Below are positions 1-8,739 of a stretch of 32,000 nucleotides of DNA, in pieces; within the stretch, counting starts at the first letter, position 1; every line of letters starts with the position of its first letter. The stretch spans positions 4,080,931 through 4,112,930 of the forward strand of contig OZ245817.1 in the NCBI GenBank assembly GCA_965228475.1, written 5' to 3'. Both the position numbers and the translations under genes were made by a program. Below the pieces are notes generated by a model. That model was not told the DNA's origin, searched no databases, and was given only the letters and a program-made list of their open reading frames with translations. The DNA is from Myxococcota bacterium. GTDB lineage: Bacteria; Myxococcota_A; UBA9160; JAFDDA01.

Positions 1-2
1 AG

Positions 3-1424
3 ATCGGCGCCGGCGCTTCCCCGATGGATGCGGACACCGTGCGTGCCCTCGACACCTTCGCGGCCGAGCGGCACGTCGAGCTGGTGCCGACGCTCCAGTC
101 GCTCGGCCACATGCGCCACGTTCTCGCTCTCGACGGCTACCGCCACCTCGCCGAGACCGACCGCCTCTGGACGCTCGCACCCGTCGACCCCGGCACCTAC
201 ACCCTGCTCTCGGACCTCTACGCCGAGTACCTGCCGAACTTCCGCTCGGCCTTCTTCAACGCGAACTGCGACGAACCCTACGATCTCGGCCGCGGCCGCT
301 CGGCCGAACGCTCGCGCGAGCTCGGGCCGGGCGGCCTGTTCCTCGAGCACGTCCGCCGCATCCGCGACCTCGCCCGCGACCACGGCAAGCGCACCCTCGT
401 CTGGGGCGACGTCGTCCACCAGCATCCCCAGCGCATCCCGGAGATCGACCGGGACCTCGTCCTGCTCGACTGGTGGTACGAGGCGAAGGGCGACTTCGAG
501 CGCGTGAAGCGCTTCGCGGAGAACGGCATCGAGTTCTGGGTCTGCCCGGGGACCTCTTCGTGGAACTGCCTCTTCCCGCGCGTCGCGAACGCCGAGCAGA
601 ACGTCGCCGCCTACGCCGATGCGGGCCGGCGCCACGGCGCCGCCGGACTCGTGAACACCGACTGGGGCGATCACGGCCACTACAACCTCCAGGCCAACTC
701 CTGGCTCGGCTACGCCCAGGGAGCGCAGCAGGCCTGGTCCGGCGAGTACGACGCGAAGCGTTTCGACGGTGCGTTCTCGCGCCTCTGCTTCGGGGACGAG
801 ACCGGGCGTGCCGCACGCCTCTACCGCGAGCTGGGCGCCGTGCACGACGTCGGAAGCCCCGTGTTCAACGGCTCGCTCCTGCAGTTCATCTTCTTCGACG
901 ACGTGGGCTCGGCACTCTTTTGCGTGGGCGGACGGGCCGCGAAGCTGCGCCGCGCCCTCGCCAAGCTCGAGCGCGCGCGCGAGCGCATCAGCAATGCCCC
1001 GGAGGCCTTCGTCGGCGACCCCCACGCCCACGACGAACTCCTCTACGCCGCCGACGCCTCCTGCTTCGCCGCCCGCAAGGGCCTCGCCGCCCTCGAATGG
1101 CTCGCGTGGCGAAAGAAGCCCGAGCGGCTCGGTACGCGCGAGCGCAGGAAGCTCGCCAAGACGCTGCAGCGCCTGGCCGGCGAGCAGGCCGGGCTCGGGC
1201 GCCGCCTCCGCCGGCTCTGGCTCGCACGCTCGGGGCCCGGCGGCTTCGAGGTCGTGGCCGCCCGCCTGGCCGGCTCGGTGAAGAGCCTGCGCGCGGCGGC
1301 GCGACGGCTCGAGCAGGGCAGACCGCCCGCCGAGGCACCCCCCGAGGCCTTCGATTTCATGACCGGATACCGCGCGTTGACCGAACAGGTTGCGCGCTCG
1401 GGACCGATCCTGCCCGACGCCTGA
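3..1424 (+). CDS. Glycoside hydrolase family 20-like protein (hexosaminidase-like), 5' end cut by window edge
   Basis: ORF 24..1424 stays open in the same frame back to nt 3, so the gene starts upstream of the window. Segments VELVPTLQSLGHM, FFNANCDEPYDLG (Asp-Glu pair) and NTDWGDHGH resemble the GH20 TIM-barrel core. Strong G/C third-position bias. Family call is from motif memory only. Confidence 0.6.
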   Translation: MGAGASPMDADTVRALDTFAAERHVELVPTLQSLGHMRHVLALDGYRHLAETDRLWTLAPVDPGTYTLLSDLYAEYLPNFRSAFFNANCDEPYDLGRGRSAERSRELGPGGLFLEHVRRIRDLARDHGKRTLVWGDVVHQHPQRIPEIDRDLVLLDWWYEAKGDFERVKRFAENGIEFWVCPGTSSWNCLFPRVANAEQNVAAYADAGRRHGAAGLVNTDWGDHGHYNLQANSWLGYAQGAQQAWSGEYDAKRFDGAFSRLCFGDETGRAARLYRELGAVHDVGSPVFNGSLLQFIFFDDVGSALFCVGGRAAKLRRALAKLERARERISNAPEAFVGDPHAHDELLYAADASCFAARKGLAALEWLAWRKKPERLGTRERRKLAKTLQRLAGEQAGLGRRLRRLWLARSGPGGFEVVAARLAGSVKSLRAAARRLEQGRPPAEAPPEAFDFMTGYRALTEQVARSGPILPDA

Positions 1425-1518
1425 CGGCGCCCACCCCGGTTCTTCCAGGTTTCCCAAGCAGGCTCCCGTTCAGTTCGCCCGAGCCCTGGCCGATTCCCCT
1501 CGCAGGAGAGCCATCCCG

Positions 1519-2214
1519 TTGGGCAGCACCGTACGCATCCTTTCTGCCAACCTCTGGAACGGCGCCGCCGAAGCCGACGCCTTCGCCCGCCTGGCGTCCG
1601 ACCTCGACGCGGACGTCGTCGCCGTCCAGGAGCTGGCACCGGCCCAGGCCGAGGCGCTGGCCGACGCCTTCCCCTACGGCCTGCTCGAGCCGCGCACGGA
1701 CTACAACGGCGGCGGCCTCGTCCTCCGCCATCCGGCCGAGGTGCGCCCGGTACCCATGGGACGGCGCCACGGCTACGGCGCGACCCTCGACCCCGCCGCC
1801 TGGCCGATGCTCGACGCCCCCCTCGAGGTCTTCGGCGTCCACGTCTTCGCGCCCCACGCATACTACGGGCTCGGCCTGCCCCTGCGCTGGCCGCAGATGC
1901 GGGATCTCACCCGGCGCCTCGACGGCGCCGAAGGCCGCTCCCAGGTCGTCGTCGGCGACTTCAACTCGACGCCCTCGTGGCCGCTCTACTGGCGCATGCG
2001 CCTGCGCTTCGCCGATGCCGCGCTCACCGTCGCGCGCCGGAGCGGCGAGCGGCCGCTTCGCACCTGGGGCCCCTGGCACGGCGCGCCGCGCCTGCTGCGC
2101 ATCGATCACGCCTTCGTGCGCGGCGGGGAGCCCGAGACCTTCCGGCGCATCGAGGTCCCGGGCTCGGACCACAGCGCGGTCCTCCTCGACCTCGCCGTGA
2201 ACGCTTCGCGCTGA
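1519..2214 (+). CDS. Endonuclease/exonuclease/phosphatase (EEP) family protein
   Basis: VRILSANLWNG, DADVVAVQEL, GDFNSTPSWP, RIDHAF and GSDHSAVLLDL match the EEP (DNase I-like) fold motifs. The ORF track begins at TTG 1390, overlapping the upstream gene by 35 nt. I prefer in-frame TTG 1519, which has AGGAGA 8 nt upstream. The stop is firm; the start is uncertain. Confidence 0.75.
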   Translation: MGSTVRILSANLWNGAAEADAFARLASDLDADVVAVQELAPAQAEALADAFPYGLLEPRTDYNGGGLVLRHPAEVRPVPMGRRHGYGATLDPAAWPMLDAPLEVFGVHVFAPHAYYGLGLPLRWPQMRDLTRRLDGAEGRSQVVVGDFNSTPSWPLYWRMRLRFADAALTVARRSGERPLRTWGPWHGAPRLLRIDHAFVRGGEPETFRRIEVPGSDHSAVLLDLAVNASR

Positions 2215-2309
2215 TCCGCCCCGACGGGCCACCTGCGCTCTTTCGGTAAGATCGACGCCCGCGACGGAAACCATCCGTCCGCGTCGGGAATCCCGAGGAG
2301 GCGTGCGCG

Positions 2310-3101
2310 TTGGACTACCAGGACATCCGGTTCGAAACGAGCGACCACGTCGCCACCATCACCCTCGACCGACCCGAGGTGATGAACGCCTTCCGCGGGC
2401 GAACCTGCGAAGAGCTGATCCACGCCCTCCATCGCGCCGGCTACGACCGCGACGTCGGCGCGATCATCCTGACCGGCGCCGGAGAGCGGGCCTTCTGCAC
2501 CGGCGGCGACCAGTCGGGCCACGACGAGGACGGCGCCTACTCGGGGAGCCGCGGCGTGATCGGCATGCCGATCGACGAAGTCCACACCGCCATGCGCGAC
2601 GTGCCGAAGCCCGTCCTCGCCAAGGTGCGCGGCTATGCCATCGGCGGCGGGAACGTGCTCGCGACGATCTGCGATCTCACCCTCGCGGCGGAGAGCGCCA
2701 TCTTCGGCCAGGTCGGACCGAAGATGGGTTCGGTGGATCCGGGCTTCGGCACCGCCTACCTCGCGCACGTGGTCGGAGAAAAGAAAGCGCGGGAGATGTG
2801 GTACCTGTGCCGCCGCTACTCAGCCCAGGAAGCGAAGGAGATGGGCCTCGTGAACGAGGTCGTCCCCGACGACCAGCTCGACGCCGTGGCCATGGAGTGG
2901 GCCCGCGAGATCGCCGAACGGAGCCCCACGGCGATCGCGCTGGCCAAGCGCTCCTTCAACGCGGACACCGAGAACATCCGGGGCATCGGCAGCCTCGGCT
3001 TCCAGGCGGTCGCGCTCTACTACGGAACCGAGGAGTCCAAGGAAGGCGGAGCCGCCCTCGCGGAGAAGCGCCGGCCGGACTTCCGCAAGAAATCCGGCTG
3101 A
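2310..3101 (+). CDS. Crotonase-superfamily enzyme of the MenB/BadI subfamily (2-ketocyclohexanecarboxyl-CoA hydrolase / dihydroxynaphthoyl-CoA synthase-like)
   Basis: TTG start with GAGGAGG 8 nt upstream. MNAFRGRTCEELIHAL, GAGERAFCTGGDQS, YAIGGGNVLATICDLT, GQVGPKMGSVDPGFG and a C-terminal KRRPDFRK tail closely resemble my recollection of MenB and especially BadI. The substrate cannot be assigned from sequence alone. Confidence 0.85.
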   Translation: MDYQDIRFETSDHVATITLDRPEVMNAFRGRTCEELIHALHRAGYDRDVGAIILTGAGERAFCTGGDQSGHDEDGAYSGSRGVIGMPIDEVHTAMRDVPKPVLAKVRGYAIGGGNVLATICDLTLAAESAIFGQVGPKMGSVDPGFGTAYLAHVVGEKKAREMWYLCRRYSAQEAKEMGLVNEVVPDDQLDAVAMEWAREIAERSPTAIALAKRSFNADTENIRGIGSLGFQAVALYYGTEESKEGGAALAEKRRPDFRKKSG

Positions 3102-3147
3102 CGCGGTCGCCGCAGACGTCGCTACGTTCTTCACGAGGGGGATCGAC

Positions 3148-3897
3148 ATGAGCACGGAAGGTTCCGGGGCGTCGCGAGCCGCAGGAGACGGGCTCCACAA
3201 CGAAGACGTGTTCGTCGTCGAGCCGGGGCTCGGCCTGTATCTCGTCTGCGACGGCGCCAGCGGCGCGCCGGCCGGCGAGGCCGCGGCCCGCATCGCCAGC
3301 GAGGCGATCGAGGCCTTCGTCGAGCGGGCCGACGAGGAGATCGACCTCGGTGGGAGCCGGGCGAGCCTCGCAGTCGTCGAGCGCGCCATGCGCTACGCGC
3401 TCGGCTGCGTCCTCGACTCCGACGAACTGACGCCCGGGCCGGGGCTTCTCACGACCGCCACCCTGCTTCTGGCCCACGGCCGCACCGGAGTGATCGGACA
3501 CTGCGGCGACAGCCGCGCCTACCTCGTCCGCCAGGACCGCTGCCATCAGCTCACGCGCGACCACGAGCTCACGGAAGAGAGCGCCGGCGGTGGCGAGGTG
3601 CCCTTCGACGTCTTCCGGGTCGACCTGCATGCCGGCGACACGGTGATTCTCTGCACGGACGGAGCCGAGGACGTCGTCCAGAACCGGGAGATCGTCCGGG
3701 CCGCTTCCCGGCTGGCGCCCCGTGTCCTCGCCAGCCGGATCGTCAGCGTGGCCAACCGCGAGCACTCGGATCAGGACGCGACCGCCGTGGTCGTTCGCGT
3801 TCAGCACGAGCGAGATCCGGGTTGGCTCGGCGTCTCCGAGCCCACGCGCGGGACGTCCTACGGCCACACGCTCGAACACGCGTCGCGGCCGGCCTGA
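3148..3897 (+). CDS. PP2C-family Ser/Thr protein phosphatase
   Basis: ATG preceded by GAGGGGGA. NEDVFVV, LVCDGASG, GHCGDSRAYLV, LTRDHE, ILCTDG and DATAVVVRV follow the order of the PPM/PP2C metal-binding motifs. Confidence 0.8.
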   Translation: MSTEGSGASRAAGDGLHNEDVFVVEPGLGLYLVCDGASGAPAGEAAARIASEAIEAFVERADEEIDLGGSRASLAVVERAMRYALGCVLDSDELTPGPGLLTTATLLLAHGRTGVIGHCGDSRAYLVRQDRCHQLTRDHELTEESAGGGEVPFDVFRVDLHAGDTVILCTDGAEDVVQNREIVRAASRLAPRVLASRIVSVANREHSDQDATAVVVRVQHERDPGWLGVSEPTRGTSYGHTLEHASRPA

Positions 3898-3900
3898 CGA

Positions 3901-3930
3901 GCCGCGCCCCCCTCGGAAGAGGGGCGCGGC
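3901..3930. terminator. GC-rich stem-loop between convergent genes (probable bidirectional terminator)
   Basis: GCCGCGCCCC(CCTC)-GGAA-(GAGG)GGGCGCGGC inverted repeat: a 10-bp perfect outer stem plus inner CCTC/GAGG pairing with a small bulge. It lies exactly in the 51-nt gap between the PP2C stop (3897) and the minus-strand stop at 3949. No long U-tract on either side. Confidence 0.55.
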
Positions 3931-3948
3931 GCCAGCATCACACTGGAG

Positions 3949-6894
3949 CTAGAGGCAGGCGTTCACGCCGGAGTTGTCCACGCAGATGGGCATCTCCGGG
4001 GAGAGCGGGCCGTGCGGGTTCTGCACCTGGAGCAGGTGCAGGCCGTTCGGCGGCACGCTGCTGAGCGAGATCACGACGGTCTGCGAATCGCAGTACGGCG
4101 TGAAGCTTCCGCCCTGACAGCTGATCGAGCCGCTCACGACCTGGCCGTCCACGATGATCTGGGCATCGCCGCGCACGTCCACGCCGACCAGGGTCATCGG
4201 GTTCTCGGCGGGAAGGACCGGCAGATCCGGGTTGCCCGTCGCCCCGTTCCCGTTGCCCACCTGCGACAGCAGCGGCATGCGGTGGGTCGCCGCGCCGTAG
4301 TTCTGCGGAAGCGCGCCGGTGAAGGTCAGCGTCGCGTCGCCGGCCGCCGCCAGGGCGATCAGCGAAGCCCGGGTGTGGGAGATCGAGTCGTTGGCGTTCT
4401 TGTAGGTGCCGTCGTCCCGGTAGGAGAGAATGACCCAGACGGAGTTGCCGCCCTGGTCGATCTCGCCGTGGGCGCGCAGGTTCACCATGCCGTCGTCGTC
4501 CGCTTCTTCGAGCCGGGCGATCACCGCCTCGGTGTCGGTGAGCTCGGGTGCGACGGAGGTCACGTCGTTCAGGGTGACCTGCCGGCCGAGAACCCCGCTG
4601 AAGCCCGTGCTCGCCTCTTCCGCCATCTGGAAGATGTCGAAGACGCCCTTGCCGTAGACCGGGAAGAACACGGCGAAGGCCGCCGAGAGGACCGCGTCCT
4701 CCTCGAAGCCCTGGGCCGGGTCGTAGGGAATCTCCGTGGCGAGCGTCGCGATCGGGAAGCCCAGGATGTTGATGATCTGCGAGGTCTTCGCCCACTCCAT
4801 GGTCTCTTCCGCGGCGGTCACGCCGAGGGAGAACTGGAGCCAGCGGTCCGTCATGCCGCGCATGGTCGGCACGTCGAAGCCGCCGAGGGTCGACGAGCTG
4901 TGCCCGACGCCGAGGGGCAGCGAGTGGCACCCGGAGTTCGAGTCCGCACAGGTCAGGACGCCCACGAACCCGCCGGCGCCGCCGACGTCGACGAAGAAGT
5001 CCGAGAAGCCCTGGTTGGCGCTCGCCGTGAGCGCGTCGTCCGCGCGGCGCGAGCGCGGCGGCGGGTAGGCGACGTTGCCGAGGAAGACGGCCATGTCGTC
5101 CTGCTCCTGCACCGAGAGCTCGTTCCCGCCGAGCGGGCAGCCGGCCGGGTTGGTCGCGAGGTTCTGGTCGCACATCACGCCGGAGAGCGCGTGGACGACC
5201 AGATCCAGGAAGCAGTCGTGCTCGTCGCCGTCGGAGATGTCGCAGCTCGGCGGGACGTTTCCGTTCACGCCGACCGCGCCGTCCGCGCCGCCGAAGGGGT
5301 CGCCGAGGGCACCGTCCCAGTGGAGCGGCACGGTGTTGGCGAGGCCGCGCACGGGCATCGTGCTGCGGATCTCGTCGTTCTCGTTGCAGGCCCCGAAGAA
5401 GCAGGCGCCGCCGATCCGCCAGAGCAGCTGGTCCGTGTTGCCGTCCGGGTGGCAGCTCTCGCAGGAGAACGTGCCGTCCGTCGAGGCGAAGCCGCTGCTG
5501 AAGGCGATGCGGCCGCGGCGGATGGCATCCGGCGTCGGATCGGCACCGACCGTGAACTTGCCCGTGTGCGTGATGGCCCCGGGCGTGCTCACGTCGACCA
5601 CGGAGACCGTGTTCTCGAGCGTGTTCAGCACGTAGGCCGTCTGGGGCGCGCCGCCGCCGTCCGAGAGGAGCGCCACGCCCTTCGGGATCTGCTGGCCGAA
5701 GTCCGCCGGCACGCCGGCGTTCAGGTCGAGCGTGTCGAGGATCGCGCCGGTGCTCGCGTTCATCGTGAACACGCGGCTCGTCCCGGCCGCGGTCGCCACG
5801 ATCGTCGCGTCGTTGTCGCTCAGGGCGATGCCGTAGGGGGTGGCCAGGGCCGTCGTGACCGGGCTCCCCGGCGCCGGCTCGAGCTCGATGCTCGTCTGGA
5901 CGCTGCAGCTCGCGCCGCTGCAATCCACGTTGCCGATCTGATTCAGGAACATGCGGTTCTCGAGGGCGACGAGGTCGTTCGCTCCCGTGTCGTTGTTGCC
6001 GCCGTTCACCTCGTTGCGCGCCTCGACCTGCGTGATGAAGACCTCGTCCGTCGAGCTGATGACGAGGTCGTAGAGCAGGGTCCCGACGCCGGTGACGGCT
6101 TCGTCGAGCGTATCCGTGGCGGTGTCGATCACGAAGAGGTCGCGGTCCGGCACGTCCGGGTCGATCACGATGCGCGAGTCCTGACCGGGGATGTTCGGCG
6201 AGACGAGCACGAAGTCCGCCAGGTCCGCGGCATCGAGGGTGCACTGGGGCGGGTTCAGGCCGCCGGGGCAGAGCGAGAGCTCGGACTGGTTGCCCGACTC
6301 GAAGACGGCGACGTAGAGCTTGCCGTTGCGGACGGCGATGGCCCGCGGCTCCTGGGCGGTGATGTGGATGCGCCCGGTGACCTCGTAGGTCGTGGTGTCG
6401 ATGATCGCGATGTCGTTGCGCGAGGAGAGCGCCACGTAGGCCTTGGCGTTGCTCGCGAAGGCGATGCCGGTCGGCTCGTCGAACTGGCTCACGCCGTTGC
6501 TGTCGACGTCCTGCACGGTCTCGATCACGCGGTACTGCGTGTCGCCCGCCGTGAGGTCGATGACCGAGACCGAGTCCGAGAGGTGGTTCGAGACCCAGAG
6601 CTCGGAACCGTCGGGCTTGAGCGCGAGGCTTCCGGGCTCGAGCCCGACCTCGATGGTGGCGAGCGGCGAGTTGCCGGCGGTCGCGATCACGCTGACCGTG
6701 CCGCTCGTCGTGTTGGCCACGAACAAGAGCGAGCCGTCGCCGGAAAGAAGGATGGGCTTGACCTGGGGACTCGCGAAGGTCTGCTGCCCCTTCGGTTCGT
6801 GGTTGTTCACTTCGTTGCAGGCGGCACCGAGGTGCGAGACGCCGAGAACGACGGCTGCCAGAACGAACCAGCGGGCGGAATGGTTGGGGCGCAT
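3949..6894 (-). CDS. Secreted/lipoprotein beta-propeller (YVTN/lactonase-type repeats) protein with a c-type haem-binding CXXCH motif
   Basis: I chose ATG 6894 (MRPNHSARWFVLAAVVLGVSHLGAAC), with GGAGGA 5 nt upstream, over the ORF-track start 6951. It has a signal peptide with a Cys after LGAA. Repeated blades are LFVANTTSGTVSVI, LWVSNHLSDSVSVIDL, AYVALSSRNDIAIID, LYVAVFESGN and AYVLNTLENTVSVVD. FSCESCHPDG (nt 5449-5463) is a canonical CXXCH. The C-terminus looks like an Ig/IPT-type beta domain. Confidence 0.8.
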   Translation of the reverse strand: MRPNHSARWFVLAAVVLGVSHLGAACNEVNNHEPKGQQTFASPQVKPILLSGDGSLLFVANTTSGTVSVIATAGNSPLATIEVGLEPGSLALKPDGSELWVSNHLSDSVSVIDLTAGDTQYRVIETVQDVDSNGVSQFDEPTGIAFASNAKAYVALSSRNDIAIIDTTTYEVTGRIHITAQEPRAIAVRNGKLYVAVFESGNQSELSLCPGGLNPPQCTLDAADLADFVLVSPNIPGQDSRIVIDPDVPDRDLFVIDTATDTLDEAVTGVGTLLYDLVISSTDEVFITQVEARNEVNGGNNDTGANDLVALENRMFLNQIGNVDCSGASCSVQTSIELEPAPGSPVTTALATPYGIALSDNDATIVATAAGTSRVFTMNASTGAILDTLDLNAGVPADFGQQIPKGVALLSDGGGAPQTAYVLNTLENTVSVVDVSTPGAITHTGKFTVGADPTPDAIRRGRIAFSSGFASTDGTFSCESCHPDGNTDQLLWRIGGACFFGACNENDEIRSTMPVRGLANTVPLHWDGALGDPFGGADGAVGVNGNVPPSCDISDGDEHDCFLDLVVHALSGVMCDQNLATNPAGCPLGGNELSVQEQDDMAVFLGNVAYPPPRSRRADDALTASANQGFSDFFVDVGGAGGFVGVLTCADSNSGCHSLPLGVGHSSSTLGGFDVPTMRGMTDRWLQFSLGVTAAEETMEWAKTSQIINILGFPIATLATEIPYDPAQGFEEDAVLSAAFAVFFPVYGKGVFDIFQMAEEASTGFSGVLGRQVTLNDVTSVAPELTDTEAVIARLEEADDDGMVNLRAHGEIDQGGNSVWVILSYRDDGTYKNANDSISHTRASLIALAAAGDATLTFTGALPQNYGAATHRMPLLSQVGNGNGATGNPDLPVLPAENPMTLVGVDVRGDAQIIVDGQVVSGSISCQGGSFTPYCDSQTVVISLSSVPPNGLHLLQVQNPHGPLSPEMPICVDNSGVNACL

Positions 6895-6937
6895 GAATCC
6901 TCCAGACGGGTCCGCGAAGTGTACAGACGCGGGCCGA

Positions 6938-6961
6938 GGGGGTCGACGCACTTCGACCCCC
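6938..6961 (-). other. Perfect 9-bp stem-loop in the leader of the beta-propeller gene
   Basis: GGGGGTCGA-cgcact-TCGACCCCC. It ends 44 nt upstream of ATG 6894 and lies about 130 nt downstream of the acyl-CoA synthetase stop. No U-tract, so its role (terminator, attenuator or stabiliser) is unresolved. Confidence 0.3.
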
Positions 6962-7066
6962 CGGTAAGTGCCTCAAGCCCTTGAAAAGTGTCGGGGATTT
7001 CCGTTTCCGGAGGCCGCCCGCCCGAAAGGAGGGCCTGAGAGCCTCTCGGCCCGTTTTCGCCCGCTT

Positions 7067-7105
7067 CGACGCAGCGCGACGCCCCGGTCTAGACGCGCTG
7101 CGTCG
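7067..7105 (-). other. 12-bp stem-loop enclosing the stop codon of the acyl-CoA synthetase gene
   Basis: cGACGCAGCGCG (7067-7078) pairs perfectly with CGCGCTGCGTCg (7094-7105). The 15-nt loop contains the TAG stop (7089-7091). No U-tract follows on the minus strand. Confidence 0.35.
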
Positions 7106-8690
7106 CGACCCCTTCGGCCCAGCGGTAGTCCGGCTTGCCGCTCGGCGAGCGCTCGACGGCCTTCACCAGGTGGAGCTCGCGCGGGACCTTGTACCCGGCC
7201 AGGTGCTCGCGGCAGTGGGCCTGGAGCCCTTCGAGATCGAGTGCGGCGCCTTCTCGCGGCGCGACCACCGCGGAGACGCGCGCCCCCCAGCGTTCGTCGG
7301 GAACGCCGACGACCACGGCGTCCCAGACGGCCGGGTGGGACTTCACGGCGGTCTCCACCTCTTCGGGGAAGATCTTCTCGCCGCCCGAGTTGATGCACTG
7401 GGAGCCGCGCCCGAGGAGCGTGATGGTGCCGTCGTCCTCGAGCCGCGCGAAGTCGCCCGGGATCACCGCGCGCCGCCCGCCGATCTCGACGAAGGTCTCG
7501 GCGGACTTCTTCGGATCCTTGTAGTACTCGAGCGGCACGTTGCCGCAACGGGCGAGCTTGCCGGTGACGCCGGGCGGAGTCGGCTCGCCCGCTTCGTCCA
7601 CGACCAGCGTGTCGAGGCCCGCCTTCACGTTGGGGCCGCCCCGCGTGAAGGCCGTCTTCCCCTTCACGATGATGGTGAGCCCGTTCCCGCCGCCCTCCGA
7701 GGAGCCGATGCTCTCGGTGATGACGAGGTTCGGCAGGTGCTCGAAGAACTCGTCCTTCACCGCCGGCGAAAAGACCGCCGCGGTGCTGACCACCGCGATC
7801 AGCGAGGACAGGTCGTGCGTGTTGCGGCCGAGCGCTTCCACGAGAGGTCGCCCCATGGCGTCGCCCGTGATGAAGAGGCTCTGGATCTTCTCGGCCTCGA
7901 CCAGACGCCAGACGTCGTCCGGGTCGAAGCGCGAGACGAGGCCCGTCATGCGGCCAACGAAGCTCCCCCCCATGACCGACCACTGGGTCGCGCCGTGCAT
8001 GAGCGGCGCGAGCGGCAGGAAGCGCGTGAGGCCCGGGCGGTTGCCCTTTTCGATCATGTCCTCGGGCGCCTTCGCGCGGGAGCCGTCCTGGAGGTCGACG
8101 CCGCCGCCGAGGGCGTAGAAGACGTCCTCGTGGCGCCAGACCACGCCCTTGGGCATGCCCGTCGTGCCGCCCGTGTAGAGGATGTAGTGGTCGTCGTTCG
8201 AGCGCGCCGGGAAATCCCGCTCGGCGGAACCTTCCGCGAGGGCGGTTTCGTAGGGGACCGAGTCCATGCCCGAGAGATCCGCGCCCGATCCGTCCTCGAT
8301 CACGATCGAGTGCGAGAGGAGCGGCATCACGTCGAGCACCGAGCGCACGCGCGGCGCGAACTCCCGGGCGTAGACCAGGGCCTTCAGGTCCGCGTTGTCG
8401 AACAGGTAGCGGAGCTCGTCCTCGACGTAGCGGTAGTTGATGTTGATCCAGACGGCGCGGACCTTGAACACGGCCCAGAGCGTCTCGACCCACTCGACGC
8501 AGTTGTAGGCGTAGATGCCGACGTGGTCGCCGGGGCCGATGCCGTTCGCGGCCAGGTGGTGCGCGAGCTGATTCGCACGGGCGTCCATCTCGGCGAAGGT
8601 GCGGCGCTCGCCTTCGGCGACGAGGTATTCGCGGTCGGGCCACGCGTCTACGGCTTGCTCGAACAGATCGGCGAGATTGAACGTCGTCAT
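7089..8690 (-). CDS. AMP-dependent acyl-CoA synthetase/ligase (FadD-like)
   Basis: 533-aa ORF. It has the adenylate-forming signature YTGGTTGMPKGVVWRHEDV, later GDFARLEDDGTITLLGR and a C-terminal SPSGKPDY (catalytic Lys region). Overall layout is typical of the ANL superfamily. Confidence 0.9.
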   Translation of the reverse strand: MTTFNLADLFEQAVDAWPDREYLVAEGERRTFAEMDARANQLAHHLAANGIGPGDHVGIYAYNCVEWVETLWAVFKVRAVWININYRYVEDELRYLFDNADLKALVYAREFAPRVRSVLDVMPLLSHSIVIEDGSGADLSGMDSVPYETALAEGSAERDFPARSNDDHYILYTGGTTGMPKGVVWRHEDVFYALGGGVDLQDGSRAKAPEDMIEKGNRPGLTRFLPLAPLMHGATQWSVMGGSFVGRMTGLVSRFDPDDVWRLVEAEKIQSLFITGDAMGRPLVEALGRNTHDLSSLIAVVSTAAVFSPAVKDEFFEHLPNLVITESIGSSEGGGNGLTIIVKGKTAFTRGGPNVKAGLDTLVVDEAGEPTPPGVTGKLARCGNVPLEYYKDPKKSAETFVEIGGRRAVIPGDFARLEDDGTITLLGRGSQCINSGGEKIFPEEVETAVKSHPAVWDAVVVGVPDERWGARVSAVVAPREGAALDLEGLQAHCREHLAGYKVPRELHLVKAVERSPSGKPDYRWAEGVATQRV

Positions 8691-8739
8691 GGCGGCATCT
8701 TACCGTGACGGGCCGCCCGGGTGGCAAGCGTCCGAGCGG

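Noticed and set aside
4924-4950. CADSNSGCH as a second haem-binding site in the beta-propeller protein
   Set aside because: Cys-x6-Cys-His is not an established haem c attachment spacing. It is mentioned in a finding but not called as a feature.
3938-6984. Very long alternative ORFs overlapping the beta-propeller gene (3938..6976 minus, 1012 aa; 4012..6984 plus, 990 aa)
   Set aside because: The translations are Arg/Pro/Gly/Ala/His low-complexity strings with no motifs, as expected for off-frame or antisense reading of high-GC coding DNA. The 3949..6894 frame carries recognisable repeats, a signal peptide and an SD.
6973-8727. ORFs 6973..8727 minus (584 aa) and 6981..8708 plus (575 aa) overlapping the acyl-CoA synthetase
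   Set aside because: Low-complexity Arg/Pro/Gly translations. The 7089..8690 frame contains the AMP-binding signature.
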